Shown here piece after piece: positions 15,467 through 26,162 of a stretch of DNA of 64,000 nucleotides (position 1 is the first letter of the stretch; every line of letters starts with the position of its first letter). The notes under the pieces were generated by a model, which saw nothing but the letters and a program-made list of their open reading frames with translations, searched no databases and was not told the DNA's origin. The translations under genes and the position numbers were made by a program. Location of the stretch: IMG/VR virus record IMGVR_UViG_3300028833_000094, positions 32,001 to 96,000 of that record, one strand, 5' to 3'. This DNA comes from a virus (lineage: Duplodnaviria > Caudoviricetes).

Positions 15467-16024
15467 ATGAAGCTTATTAGATACGAGGATTACCAGATAA
15501 AATTAGCAGATGAGGCATTCTTGGTGAGACCTATCAGGAGACTGTTTCATCAGGACAGGAGTGAAAAAAAGGAAAACTTTTGGAGACAGATATCCTTTAT
15601 GTACTTCATGGTAAGTCCTTCCAGCAGCTACTCTTATATTCTTGACATGGAAGAAAGAGCAGCAGAGATTATCAAGCAGGAAGGATTACCTAGTGACTTT
15701 AAGCCTTCAGATTTATTGAAGGAAGCTATGGAGATATACAGGAAGCTGACTATTACTCCTTCACAGAAACTGTTGGAGTCATCTCTTATTGCAGCAGATA
15801 CTGTTTCAAAATTTCTCAGGGACCCCGACATTCTGACAGCAGAGGACAGAAATGGTAAACCCAAGTATCAGATTTCATCCATTACAGCAGCCTTGAAGAA
15901 TGTGGAAGGAATAGTCAATTCCCTTCAGACACTTCAGAAGAAGGTAGAGCAGGAACTGGAAGCAGATGAAGGAAAGGCAAGAGGTTCTCAGGAATTGACC
16001 TTAGGAGATATAGGATTGGATTAA
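15467..16024 (+). CDS. probable terminase small subunit
   Basis: helical 185-aa protein immediately upstream of TerL; assignment by position. Confidence 0.5.
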   Translation: MKLIRYEDYQIKLADEAFLVRPIRRLFHQDRSEKKENFWRQISFMYFMVSPSSSYSYILDMEERAAEIIKQEGLPSDFKPSDLLKEAMEIYRKLTITPSQKLLESSLIAADTVSKFLRDPDILTAEDRNGKPKYQISSITAALKNVEGIVNSLQTLQKKVEQELEADEGKARGSQELTLGDIGLD

Positions 16025-16061
16025 GGAGTTTCCACAAAATGAAAACATACGGTAAAGGATT

Positions 16062-18308
16062 GTGATGGATAATGTAATTTTTAATAAATGCCAGACTCCC
16101 CTGGAAGAGCTGGAGCTAGGAAAGTATCCACAGGAGGTACAGGAGAATTTCTGGGACTTTATGAATAATGTTCCCTTTATCAGATGGATGGTTTCCCCTA
16201 ACAGGCCCCTTGTATCCCAGCTTCCAAGGGATGAGTTTGGCAGGGCTATCATAGATGTTACCAAGCCTCCTATATTAGAAGGTTCAGACTATTTCAGGCA
16301 ATCAGCCTTACAATGGCAGGAGAATGAAAAATACACCAACCTTAGACCTAATGCCAATCCTAACAGTGAATATGGAAGATGGATAAGAGAGGAGAGACAG
16401 AGAGGCTGGGAAGGCTTTGTCAATCCTGATACAGGTATGTGGGTAACAGGAGACTACTACTGGATGCTGAACTATTGTCCTATGCATTTGGTAGTAAAGA
16501 GAGATGATGGCTTTGAGATGCGTACTACCAGGCATCCAGGTTTCTGGGATGGGCAGTTTCTCCTTTCTCACTATGTTCTTCAGGCGAGACAACATAAGAA
16601 ACATGCAGATGCACTGGCCAGTCGTGGTAAAGGTAAGACCTCCTTTGGTGCTGGAATGCTTTCCAAGAGATTTGAGATAGGAGAGTTTGAGAATAACAGA
16701 AGTGAGGTGCAATGTATGGTTACTGCTACGGATAGGACCAAGCTGATAGGAACTAACCAGATACTCTCCGTCTTTGTAGATAACATAGACTTCTGTGCCA
16801 AGAACACACAGTTTGCTGCAAGAAGATTAAAGAGTAGTGTACAGGAGCTTGTATGGCAGTCAGGCTACAAGAAGTCAGGAAGTGATGTAGCCTATGGCAG
16901 TAAGAACTCAGTATCAGGTATTATCACAGGTGTCAATCAGGATAAGCTGAATGGTTCGCGTGGTGTACTTTATCTGATTGAGGAGGCAGGTATTTTCAAG
17001 AATCTAAGAGAGATGTATAACATGATCAGGCCTTCAGTAGAGCAAGGTTCCTCTGTATTCGGTGAAATCTATATGTATGGTACGGCTGGTGATGACCAGA
17101 GTGACTTTACAGCCTTTGCAGAAATGTTTTATTCTCCAGACGGTTATAACCTGTATGGACTGGAAAATGTATATGACAAGGAAGGTCAGGGCAGGAAGGA
17201 GTGTGGCTTCTTCTATCCAGCCTATATGAACTATGATGATACTTGTATAGACAAGGATGGTAATTCAGATGTCAGTAAGGCACTCTTGATGCTTTGTATG
17301 GACAGGTATAAAGTGAAGTATGGTTCAACAGATATCAATACTATTACCAAGCGTATTTCACAATATCCTATTACTCCACAGGAAGCTATCATCAGGAGTC
17401 AGGGAAATATGTTCCCTATTACAGAACTGAACAACAGGCTTAATCAGATAGATAATAATCCTAATGAGTATGATGATGTCTATGTAGGAGAGCTTATACA
17501 GGAAAAAGATGGTACTATACAATTCCAGCCCACAGGTGAGCTTCCCATCAGAGACTTTCCTACTAAGGATAATAAGGTAGTGGGAGCATTGGAAATATAT
17601 GAGATGCCTCAGAAGAACAGTGAAGGAAAGGTTCCTTATGACAGATATGGATTTGGATTGGACCCCTTTGATGATGATGAATCAGGTACTATGTCATTAG
17701 GAAGTATCTTTGTCATGGACTTCTGGACAGACAGGATAGTAGCAGAGTTTACAGGAAGGCCACAATTTGCCAATGACCTGTATGAGAAAGTGAGACTGCT
17801 ATGCCTATTCTATAACATGAAGGGACTCTATGAGAATAACTTAAAAGGTATTTTCTCCTATTTCAGTATGAGGAACTGTACCTATATGTTGGCTGATACT
17901 CCAGAGTACTTAAGAGACAGACAGCTTGTCACCTCTATTGGATATGGTAATAAGGCAAAAGGTGTAAGAGCTGTTACTCCTATTATCAAGGCAGGATTCA
18001 GGATGATCAGGGACTGGCTGCTTAAACCAGTTACCAAGATAGAGCATGATGCAGAAGGTAATGAGGTAGAAGTTACCGTACCCAATCTATATAATATAAG
18101 GAATAGGGCTTTGCTCAAAGAATTGATACAATGGAATCAATATGGTAACTTCGATAGAGTGATGGCCCTTGTACAATTGATGCTCTATAGGGAAGAGAAG
18201 ATGATTCTCTATCAGGGAGATATCAAGAGTGCGGAACATGTACCAACAGGTCTTGAGGCAGATGACTATTGGAGTAAGAATTATCCAGGGAAGAAAGACC
18301 AATGGTAA
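16062..18308 (+). CDS. terL: terminase large subunit
   Basis: Walker A ASRGKGKTS, Walker B YLIEEAG, motif III YGTAG, nuclease GLDPFDDD and NFDRVMAL. Confidence 0.92.
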   Translation: MMDNVIFNKCQTPLEELELGKYPQEVQENFWDFMNNVPFIRWMVSPNRPLVSQLPRDEFGRAIIDVTKPPILEGSDYFRQSALQWQENEKYTNLRPNANPNSEYGRWIREERQRGWEGFVNPDTGMWVTGDYYWMLNYCPMHLVVKRDDGFEMRTTRHPGFWDGQFLLSHYVLQARQHKKHADALASRGKGKTSFGAGMLSKRFEIGEFENNRSEVQCMVTATDRTKLIGTNQILSVFVDNIDFCAKNTQFAARRLKSSVQELVWQSGYKKSGSDVAYGSKNSVSGIITGVNQDKLNGSRGVLYLIEEAGIFKNLREMYNMIRPSVEQGSSVFGEIYMYGTAGDDQSDFTAFAEMFYSPDGYNLYGLENVYDKEGQGRKECGFFYPAYMNYDDTCIDKDGNSDVSKALLMLCMDRYKVKYGSTDINTITKRISQYPITPQEAIIRSQGNMFPITELNNRLNQIDNNPNEYDDVYVGELIQEKDGTIQFQPTGELPIRDFPTKDNKVVGALEIYEMPQKNSEGKVPYDRYGFGLDPFDDDESGTMSLGSIFVMDFWTDRIVAEFTGRPQFANDLYEKVRLLCLFYNMKGLYENNLKGIFSYFSMRNCTYMLADTPEYLRDRQLVTSIGYGNKAKGVRAVTPIIKAGFRMIRDWLLKPVTKIEHDAEGNEVEVTVPNLYNIRNRALLKELIQWNQYGNFDRVMALVQLMLYREEKMILYQGDIKSAEHVPTGLEADDYWSKNYPGKKDQW

Positions 18309-18434
18309 TAGGAGAGTAATCATAGAATGATTACTTAAAAGACGGGACAGGCAGTAAATTTAGTTTTAGCCTACTGTAAAGAAGGGATGTTTTCTTAGCA
18401 TCCCTTTTATTGTGTCTTAACGGGAAATTAAGGA

Positions 18435-18467
18435 TTTGAGCAAAAGCCTTTCAAATCAGTACTTTTG
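18435..18467 (+). promoter_or_regulatory. promoter of capsid operon
   Basis: TTTG-N21-TACTTTTG. Confidence 0.75.
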
Positions 18468-18509
18468 CAATACGAAGGATAGTAGAATAACTAAAAGAGA
18501 AGGATAACA

Positions 18510-19703
18510 ATGGCAATGTTAGATTTTAACAACATCCTTGGTGAGCAGGAGATTGATGGCCTGTTCTCAGATACCGAGGAACCTGCTACTCAGGAGGAGT
18601 CAGCAGAATCTGACAAGGAGAAGTCAGATGGGACAGTAAATGGTGATACACAAAAGACTACTGAGGTTGTAAATCCCGATGACCTTTTTAGTGGAGACAC
18701 GATTGAGGAAGAAGAGGAGAAGACACAGCCAGAGAGCGTAGGTAGTGGAAAGAATAAAGAGGAAAAGGAAGATGCCACCGCTGGTAAGGGCAGTGACACT
18801 TCTCCAAACTTCTACTCTTCCATTGCCAATGCCTTGGCAGTGGATGGTATCTTCCCCAACTCTGATGAAGCTGCAGTAAGCAAAGTGGACTCTGCTGAGT
18901 CACTCAGTGAGTTGATTGAGGCAGAGATTAATGCCCGCTTTGATGATAAGCAGCGTAGGATTTCAAAAGCTCTTGAGAATGGTGTGGAGCCCAGTCAGAT
19001 TAGGCAGTATGAAGGAGTACTGGAACAGATTTCCAATATTACTGACAATCAGTTGACTGCAGAGAGTGAAGAAGGAGAACGTCTGAGAAGAAACCTGATT
19101 TATCAGGATTATCTCAACAAAGGCTATACTCCAGAGAAAGCTCAGAAGATGACTCAGCGCACCTTTGATTCAGGAACAGACATTGAGGATGCAAAGGATG
19201 CCCTCCAAGGCAACAGGGAATTCTTCCAGGCTCAGTATGATAAACTGTTGGAAGAGGCCCAGAAAGCAGCAGAAAAGGATAAGGCAGAGTTGCAGAAGCA
19301 AGAAGCCAATCTGAAGAAGAGCATTTTGGAAGACAAGCAACTGATGGGAGACATGGAGTTGAATCAGGATGTCAGGAAGAAAATCTATGATAACATCTCC
19401 AGGCCAGTGTACAGAGACCCAGAATCAGGTCAGTACCTGACAGCCCTTCAGAAGTATGAATCAGAGAATCATGCAGACTTTATGAAGTATGTAGGTCTCT
19501 TCTACACATTGACTGATGGCTTTAAAGACTTTAAGAGTTTTGCCAAGGCTGAAGTCAAGAAAGAAATGAGAAAAGGTCTTAGGGAGTTGGAACAGACCCT
19601 GAATGGTAGCAGGAGGACTTCAGATGGTAGTCTTAACCTGGTAGGAAGCAGGAAAGAAGATCCAGAATCATTCCTCAGCGCAGGATTTAAGCTAGCTCTC
19701 TAG
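18510..19703 (+). CDS. acidic scaffold-like protein upstream of MCP
   Basis: very acidic disordered N-terminus plus helical C-terminus; position before MCP. Confidence 0.6.
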   Translation: MAMLDFNNILGEQEIDGLFSDTEEPATQEESAESDKEKSDGTVNGDTQKTTEVVNPDDLFSGDTIEEEEEKTQPESVGSGKNKEEKEDATAGKGSDTSPNFYSSIANALAVDGIFPNSDEAAVSKVDSAESLSELIEAEINARFDDKQRRISKALENGVEPSQIRQYEGVLEQISNITDNQLTAESEEGERLRRNLIYQDYLNKGYTPEKAQKMTQRTFDSGTDIEDAKDALQGNREFFQAQYDKLLEEAQKAAEKDKAELQKQEANLKKSILEDKQLMGDMELNQDVRKKIYDNISRPVYRDPESGQYLTALQKYESENHADFMKYVGLFYTLTDGFKDFKSFAKAEVKKEMRKGLRELEQTLNGSRRTSDGSLNLVGSRKEDPESFLSAGFKLAL

Positions 19704-19756
19704 ACATTAAAAATACAAGGTAAAAAGATTGTTTTTAATGTTTAACATTTTATATA

Positions 19757-21265
19757 ATGGGTAAATTAGGTAAATTTCAGAGTTTTGAGTTCGACAGCTG
19801 GGGAAAGACCAGTAAGTTGAACCACCTTGGTGGTATTTTCAGGTTGCATCCTCAGATGGCAACAGAGATGATGGTCCAGCTTTTGGCTTTCCATAAGGGT
19901 AAGACCTTGGACACATTCCTCTCACAGTTCCCCACTAAGGAATTTGACAGTGATGATGAGTACACCTGGCAGGTGATTGGTTCTATGGTTAAGAACCTTC
20001 CCCTTGTAGAAGCTCGTACTCTTGATGGCACAGTGGTAGCTGACAATGTAAATGCAGGTGCCAATGGTGAACCTTTCTATGTAGTATTTGATGAAGACCT
20101 GTTTGCTGATGGTGCAGTGATTGTTGGTGAGCTGAATGAAATCTATCCCCTCCGCATTTTGGGTGATGGCTATCGTGAAGGTACTAACATTCGCTATAAG
20201 GTACAGCTGATGGGTGGTGTTATTGGTGGTATGCCTGGTGAGCAGCTCCAGCCTGGTAAGAGGTTCTCTAAGGAGTATGCTCCTGTTGAGCGTGAGTTCT
20301 CTCGCAAGGTTGATGATATCACCTTCTCCAGTCCTATCATGATGCGTAATGAGTTCAGCTCTATCCGTATGCAGCATAAGGTATCTGGTGCTCTCATCAA
20401 CAAGAAGATTGCCTTTGGTATTCCTGTAGAAGTTCCCAACAATAATGGCTACACTGTCAAGACCTATGACATGTGGATGCACTATGAGCAGTGGGTACTT
20501 GAGCAGCAGTGGAATGCAGCTAAGAACAAGCTGATTGCTTATGGCCGTAGCAACCGCAACAAGAATGGTGAGTATCTTGACATTGGTAAGAGTGGTGAGG
20601 TTATTCGCATGGGTGCAGGTCTGTTCCAGCAGATGGAAGTTAACAACACAGACTTCTACAACAACTTCTCTCTGAAGAAGATTGAGGATGCCCTGTACAA
20701 CCTGAGTGCAGCTAATCTTGACATGAAAGACCGTGTATTCATCCTGAAGACTGGTGAGCGTGGTGCTGCCCAGTTCCATAAGGCAGCTCTTGATACTATC
20801 AGTGGCTGGCAAGCATTCACTACCAATGCAGACCAGATTGGTATGGTACGCAAGGTGAACTCTCCCCTGCATGACAATGCTTTGAGTATTGGTGCTCAGA
20901 TTGTTGAGTTCAAGGCTCCTAATGGTGTAACTGTACGTGTAGATGTAGATCCCATGTATGATGATCCTGTACGCAACAAGATTATGCATCCTAATGGTGG
21001 TCCTGCCTATTCTTACCGTTATGACATCTTTGACATTGGTACTATGGACCAGCCTAACATCTTCAAGGTAGGTGTCAAGGGTCAGGTAGGTGACTACACT
21101 TCTTATGAGTGGGGCTTCCGCAATCCATTCACTGGCAAGATGGGCAATGAGTACATGAGCCATGATGAGGATTCTGCAACTATTCACAAGTTCACTACTA
21201 CTGGTGTATGTGTTCTTGATCCTACAAGGACAATGAGCATTATTCCTGCAGTACTTCGTGGTTAA
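19757..21265 (+). CDS. major capsid protein (crAss-type)
   Basis: 502 aa, strong high-expression codon bias (CGT/GGT), GEVIRMGAGL..LKTGERG..DPMYDD pattern, followed by terminator. Confidence 0.85.
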   Translation: MGKLGKFQSFEFDSWGKTSKLNHLGGIFRLHPQMATEMMVQLLAFHKGKTLDTFLSQFPTKEFDSDDEYTWQVIGSMVKNLPLVEARTLDGTVVADNVNAGANGEPFYVVFDEDLFADGAVIVGELNEIYPLRILGDGYREGTNIRYKVQLMGGVIGGMPGEQLQPGKRFSKEYAPVEREFSRKVDDITFSSPIMMRNEFSSIRMQHKVSGALINKKIAFGIPVEVPNNNGYTVKTYDMWMHYEQWVLEQQWNAAKNKLIAYGRSNRNKNGEYLDIGKSGEVIRMGAGLFQQMEVNNTDFYNNFSLKKIEDALYNLSAANLDMKDRVFILKTGERGAAQFHKAALDTISGWQAFTTNADQIGMVRKVNSPLHDNALSIGAQIVEFKAPNGVTVRVDVDPMYDDPVRNKIMHPNGGPAYSYRYDIFDIGTMDQPNIFKVGVKGQVGDYTSYEWGFRNPFTGKMGNEYMSHDEDSATIHKFTTTGVCVLDPTRTMSIIPAVLRG

Positions 21266-21273
21266 AAAGAGAA

Positions 21274-21317
21274 GGTAAGGAGGGGGACTTAGGTTCCTCT
21301 CCTGCCAATCTTTTTTA
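21274..21317 (+). terminator. intrinsic terminator after MCP
   Basis: AGGAGGGGGAC-TTAG-GTTCCTCTCCT..TTTTTT. Confidence 0.7.
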
Positions 21318-21362
21318 TTATGATGAAGAAACGATACAACTAATAAATAAATAGGAGAAGTA

Positions 21363-22373
21363 ATGGCAAACAAGAAGAGAGTAGAAGGAGAAGAGATGCC
21401 AAACTTTGGAAGGATTGTACTGGACACAGAGGAGCATCTCCAAGAAGTCCCCAAAAGGGCAATGGCAGAGGTAGAACCTCAGCCTACACAAAAAAGACAA
21501 GAGGCTGGTGAGCCTATCAACTGTCTGAGAAATGAACGGATTATTGTAAGATTTGTCCCCAGTCCAAGTGCTATGGTTCAGACTAAAGGACATGTACTTT
21601 GGGGAGGAATGGCAGAAGGAGCAAGAAGGAGCTTTGTAGTTCCAAGACTTCGTTCAGGACAGTATGTCAATGTTCTTACTGATAATGAGATGGCATTCCT
21701 GGAGCAGGCCATGCGTTTGGAGAAAGGAGCACTGAGTATCTATAACAAGCGTGACAACTTCTGGGATGACAATAATCCAGAGGGATGTGGAAAGGTGATA
21801 CTGTTCAAGCAGGATAACTACCTTGACCTTAGTGACCCTCTTGATTACATCAAATACAAAGTGCTGCTTGCCAATAAGGACTATATCTGTCCTTCCATGC
21901 AAGAGCTTGAGGACAGGCCTAAAGCAACCTATCAGTATGTAATCATCTCAGAGAATGCAGAGGTACAGATGAACCTTAGCAAGAATGATGCAAAGATGGA
22001 GTGCTTTATGGAATATGGAGCTATCCGCAATGACAAGGATACTCTCCGTGCTATTCTTGAGATTCTTACTGGCAGACCTGTTACAGCTCAGACCAAGCTT
22101 GATTTCCTTCAGGCAAAGGTAATGGAGTATATAGAGAGTGATTCCCGCAGGTTCCTCAGCACTATCAAGGATCCACTTCTTCCTGCAAAGGTACTTATCA
22201 AGAAAGGTGTTGAAGCAGGTATTATTACACGAAGGAATGACCTTTACTACTATGATGGTTCTCCGATGTGTGAAATGGGAGAGGATAGCACACTGACAAA
22301 TGCGGCCAAGTATATCACTAATGTGAAGAGGCAAGAGCTTAAATATACCTTAGAAGCAAGATTAAAAGATTGA
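21363..22373 (+). CDS. conserved crAss protein downstream of MCP (gene 75/gp33-like)
   Basis: synteny; FWDD..LDLSDPLDYIKYKVL motif. Confidence 0.65.
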   Translation: MANKKRVEGEEMPNFGRIVLDTEEHLQEVPKRAMAEVEPQPTQKRQEAGEPINCLRNERIIVRFVPSPSAMVQTKGHVLWGGMAEGARRSFVVPRLRSGQYVNVLTDNEMAFLEQAMRLEKGALSIYNKRDNFWDDNNPEGCGKVILFKQDNYLDLSDPLDYIKYKVLLANKDYICPSMQELEDRPKATYQYVIISENAEVQMNLSKNDAKMECFMEYGAIRNDKDTLRAILEILTGRPVTAQTKLDFLQAKVMEYIESDSRRFLSTIKDPLLPAKVLIKKGVEAGIITRRNDLYYYDGSPMCEMGEDSTLTNAAKYITNVKRQELKYTLEARLKD

Positions 22374-22436
22374 TAACAACAGGGGAAGTATAGGGGCTAT
22401 TCATTAGCCCCATACAGAACCTTAAAAATAAGTACT

Positions 22437-23471
22437 ATGACTATAACAGAGTTTTCAAACCAGTTTGATGTTCTTTATAATAACATTACTTCAAATCAGG
22501 CCCCTGGTCTGAATGAATATGAAAAAAGTGTATTCCTTACCAAGGCTCAAAATGAGATAGTGAAGAACTATTTCACTGCCAATAGTAAAGGCAATAACAT
22601 TGGGCAGGGCTTTGATGACTCTGCTAAGAGGCAGGCAGATTTCTCCTGCTTAATGAAAACAGCTCATTGTGATCTTAATAGTAATCCTGGATCATCTAGT
22701 AGGTATATATATGCTTTTACATATAATAATTTCAGTCCTGCTACTACTATAAATTCTAGTGGCTCTGTTTATGCCATCTATAATGGGGAAATAGTAGAAC
22801 CATATAATCATCCTATTCCTGCCTCTAAATATACTATAACAAGTGTAGATGCTTGGAATGATGTTATTGTTGGTACTGGAAGTGGCGTAGAAGTAGAGTT
22901 TCACGGTCTATATTCAAGGATACATTATGTAGAAGGAGGTGCTGATAATAGTATTTCAGTAAGTCAGGTTCAAATAGATGTACTTAGTGTAGACAACAGA
23001 ATTGATCCTAGAAGCAGTCTATATATATTTCCAGATAGTGTTTTTATTGTTATCAATGAAGCACTTTATACATCAGATGGTAGTATTCTCCAAGTAGTTC
23101 CACTAAGATATGATGAATATTTAAGATTAATGTCTAAGCCTTTTAAACGCCCTTTAAAGAATCAGGCATGGAGATTAATTAATTCTGGAACATCTGTTAA
23201 TGATGTGAAGAATGCCGAAATCATCACTAATCTTGGTGTTTCTATTTCTACCTATATGATTAGGTACATCAGAAAACCAGAGCCGATTATATTAGCAAAT
23301 CTTGATGGTTTGACTATTGAGGGGAAAGGAATTCCATCAGAATGTGAACTAGACTCAGTTCTTCATGAGGATATCCTTCAGAGGGCAGTAGAATTAGCTA
23401 AGGTTGCTTGGACAGCAACTGGTCAGGATAATGCACAGATGGTGCTTCAGGCAGGACAAAGGAGTGAATAA
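22437..23471 (+). CDS. tail ring protein (R4/R5-like) with inserted beta-rich domain
   Basis: MTITEFSNQFDVLYN..EYEKSVFLTKAQ..YIRKPEPIIL..LHEDILQRAV. Confidence 0.7.
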   Translation: MTITEFSNQFDVLYNNITSNQAPGLNEYEKSVFLTKAQNEIVKNYFTANSKGNNIGQGFDDSAKRQADFSCLMKTAHCDLNSNPGSSSRYIYAFTYNNFSPATTINSSGSVYAIYNGEIVEPYNHPIPASKYTITSVDAWNDVIVGTGSGVEVEFHGLYSRIHYVEGGADNSISVSQVQIDVLSVDNRIDPRSSLYIFPDSVFIVINEALYTSDGSILQVVPLRYDEYLRLMSKPFKRPLKNQAWRLINSGTSVNDVKNAEIITNLGVSISTYMIRYIRKPEPIILANLDGLTIEGKGIPSECELDSVLHEDILQRAVELAKVAWTATGQDNAQMVLQAGQRSE

Positions 23472-23517
23472 TTGCAATATAATTGCCAATTAAATAACGT
23501 AACTAAAAATACAGGAT

Positions 23518-24294
23518 ATGACAGTTAAGGAATTTAGTGATTTGTTTGATACTCTCCTTAATAGCTATGCTACTACAGCATCATTTGGAGAAGATTCTTC
23601 TAAGGCAGATGTCACTTTGGATGAGTATGAGAAGTCTGTCCTCCTGACTCAGGCTCAAGATATGATAATTAAGTCTTACTTCTATAGCAATCTTAATAGC
23701 CAAGGACAGGGTTTTGATGATAGTGAGAGAAGGCAGGTAGACTTTTCAAGTCTAATTAAGGTTGCAACTCTTACACAATCAAGTAGCCAAACTAATATCT
23801 TTGATGAGAGGGGTATCTTGTTTGATATGCCTAAAAAGACTGGAGGAAGTACTGATGTACTATTTATCCTTAATGAAAGACTCCTTGTTCCTACTGGAGA
23901 AGGGACAGCCAAAGACAGTTATGTTATTATCCCTCTGAACTATAAGGAGTATGACAGAGAGATGTCTAAAGCTTATGCTCAACCTTTGAAGAAGCAGGCA
24001 TGGAGATTATTTCAGAATACTGCTACTGGTTTTGACGTGCAGTCAGAACTGATACCTATTTGGGATGTTGTAGATTCTCAGAATAAAAGTGGCATTGTTT
24101 ATAAAATAAGATATGTCCAGCGTCCTGATCCAATTGTATTAGTAAATCTGCCCGATGGGCTTAGTATTGATGGATTTAGTACAGAGCAATCTTGTACATT
24201 GAATCCTATCCTTCATGTGGATATCCTGAATAGGGCAGTGGAACTGGCACTGACTACCAGAGGAAGAGTTAGTAATAGAAGTCAAGGAGAATAA
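23518..24294 (+). CDS. tail ring protein (R4/R5-like)
   Basis: paralog of neighbours: EYEKSVLLTQAQ..YVQRPDPIVL..LHVDILNRAV. Confidence 0.7.
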   Translation: MTVKEFSDLFDTLLNSYATTASFGEDSSKADVTLDEYEKSVLLTQAQDMIIKSYFYSNLNSQGQGFDDSERRQVDFSSLIKVATLTQSSSQTNIFDERGILFDMPKKTGGSTDVLFILNERLLVPTGEGTAKDSYVIIPLNYKEYDREMSKAYAQPLKKQAWRLFQNTATGFDVQSELIPIWDVVDSQNKSGIVYKIRYVQRPDPIVLVNLPDGLSIDGFSTEQSCTLNPILHVDILNRAVELALTTRGRVSNRSQGE

Positions 24295-24300
24295 TAGACT

Positions 24301-25032
24301 ATGACAGTATCAGAGTTTTCAGACGGATTTGATGTCCTGGTTAACAGCTACAGGAGAATCAGGAGCTTTGACAACCAGGAGGCTACTGACAGTATCGAGT
24401 TTAATGAGTATGAGAAGAGTTTCTATCTTACCAAAGCTCAAGAGGAATTTGTCAGGAGTCTCTACAATGGCAGGAATCCTTCAGGTCTGAGCTTTGAAGA
24501 AACTGAAGAACAGAGGAGACTTCTCTCCAATCTCATAGGAGAGGCACTTCTTGATAAGGAGGATAATCCTGGAATCATTGGAATGAGGTTTGCTGAGTCA
24601 GCGGTCTTTACACTTGATCCTGACCTTTGGTTTATTACCTATGAAGAGGCAACAGTAGATGCTGGTAATGGTAAATGTGGAGGTAACCTTTCTCAGGAAG
24701 TGGTTCCTGTTACTCAGGATGAATTCCATAGAATCAAGAAGAATCCTTTCAGGGGAATTAATAGGAGAAGGGCTCTAAGGCTTGACTTGTCAGATGACAG
24801 GGTTGAGATAGTCAGTAAGTATCCTATTACCAAATATTATGTAAGATATATGAAGAAACCTACTCCTATCATTCTTGTGAGATTGCCGAACAATCTTGAG
24901 ATAGAAGGAGACAGAGGGCCTTCAGAATGTATCCTCAATGATAAGCTTCATCAGGATTTACTTGACTTGGCTGTGAGGATGGCTTTAAGAAGTAAAGGTA
25001 TATCAATACCTACAAATAGAAATAATGATTGA
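24301..25032 (+). CDS. tail ring protein (R3-like)
   Basis: paralog: EYEKSFYLTKAQ..YMKKPTPIIL..LHQDLLDLAV. Confidence 0.7.
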   Translation: MTVSEFSDGFDVLVNSYRRIRSFDNQEATDSIEFNEYEKSFYLTKAQEEFVRSLYNGRNPSGLSFEETEEQRRLLSNLIGEALLDKEDNPGIIGMRFAESAVFTLDPDLWFITYEEATVDAGNGKCGGNLSQEVVPVTQDEFHRIKKNPFRGINRRRALRLDLSDDRVEIVSKYPITKYYVRYMKKPTPIILVRLPNNLEIEGDRGPSECILNDKLHQDLLDLAVRMALRSKGISIPTNRNND

Positions 25033-25094
25033 TAAAAGTCCTTTGGGCTAAGCCATAGCCACTGGACAATGTTTAACTTAAATATTTTAATGTT

Positions 25095-26072
25095 ATGGCA
25101 AACTTTAGTGTAAATCAGGTACGACAGTTTTATGTACTGAATGGTGAGTATGCAGAGACAGTAACAGCTGCTTCCAATAATGGTACTATTGGTGGCCTGA
25201 AGGAAATTAAGGGTCTTCTTGGCCCAGAAGTTATGTTCTTCTATAAGGGAGCTGATAATGAGACTGTACTTCCCAGCGACATTATTCCTCTGAAGAATAT
25301 CACTTATGCAAAGGCTTACGCTGCTGCAGATTTGGCTACTAAGATGCGCAAGGTAAAGGTTACTCTTGCAATCACTCCTACTGCTGGTCAGGATTGTGTT
25401 CTGGGTATTAACTTCAAGAACTTCTTCAGCTCAGGTGATGCTTCTCAGTATTACAAGGATGCTGCTGTTCATGTAACCAGTGCAATGGTATCAGATGTCA
25501 AGGAATTCTATAAGGCAATGGTAGCTGAGCTTAATGCTTGCTTCAGCCGTGAGGATGGTGCAACTGCTACTACTAATCCTTATCTTACCTTCAGTGCTGG
25601 TACTGCAGGTTCAGAGGATGGTATCTATATTGAGGAGAAGCCTCAGGCTTGGAAGCTTGGTACCATGAAGGCTCGCAGGATTATGTTTGATGTTCTCCCT
25701 GGCACTGTTCTTGATAATGGTGATGATGTTATCTGGGGGACTGTAGCTGAGCAGACTCCTACCACTACTGTTAACAATGGTCAGCAGATTGCAGACCTTG
25801 AGTGGTTCTGTGCAGGTGAGCGTGGTGACCAGTATAGGATGAAGGGATGGCCTAACTATGTACATACTGACTATCTGGTAGATCCTACTCAGGCTTACAA
25901 TGTATTGGAGATTCACTATGCATTCACTGATACTGGTGTAAATAGCTACCGTACTGAGAAAGAGATTACCATTGTGGCAAAGACTGCAGCTCATCTGACT
26001 AGCTTCATTACAGCCTTCAATGCTTTGGATTCTGTAGAAGCTGCTGGATTTGCAATTGAAGGTCTTTCCTAA
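25095..26072 (+). CDS. auxiliary capsid protein
   Basis: synteny, high-expression codon bias, ADLEWFCAGERGD motif. Confidence 0.65.
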   Translation: MANFSVNQVRQFYVLNGEYAETVTAASNNGTIGGLKEIKGLLGPEVMFFYKGADNETVLPSDIIPLKNITYAKAYAAADLATKMRKVKVTLAITPTAGQDCVLGINFKNFFSSGDASQYYKDAAVHVTSAMVSDVKEFYKAMVAELNACFSREDGATATTNPYLTFSAGTAGSEDGIYIEEKPQAWKLGTMKARRIMFDVLPGTVLDNGDDVIWGTVAEQTPTTTVNNGQQIADLEWFCAGERGDQYRMKGWPNYVHTDYLVDPTQAYNVLEIHYAFTDTGVNSYRTEKEITIVAKTAAHLTSFITAFNALDSVEAAGFAIEGLS

Positions 26073-26162
26073 GCTGTGGTAAAACCACAACCTACTGAGA
26101 AATTGGGGAGAGGGAGACTAATCCCTTTCCCCTTTAATTTTTAACTTAAAATAGATAGAGCT

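Noticed and set aside
16062-18308. Intein or group I intron in terminase
   Set aside because: Normal length, continuous motifs, no intein termini or homing endonuclease
19922-21454. 510-aa ORF antisense to the major capsid gene
   Set aside because: Shadow ORF produced by strong codon bias of MCP; no motifs or credible leader
26060-26120. Possible readthrough or frameshift extension of the auxiliary capsid gene
   Set aside because: No clear slippery site, and downstream frames run into a terminator hairpin
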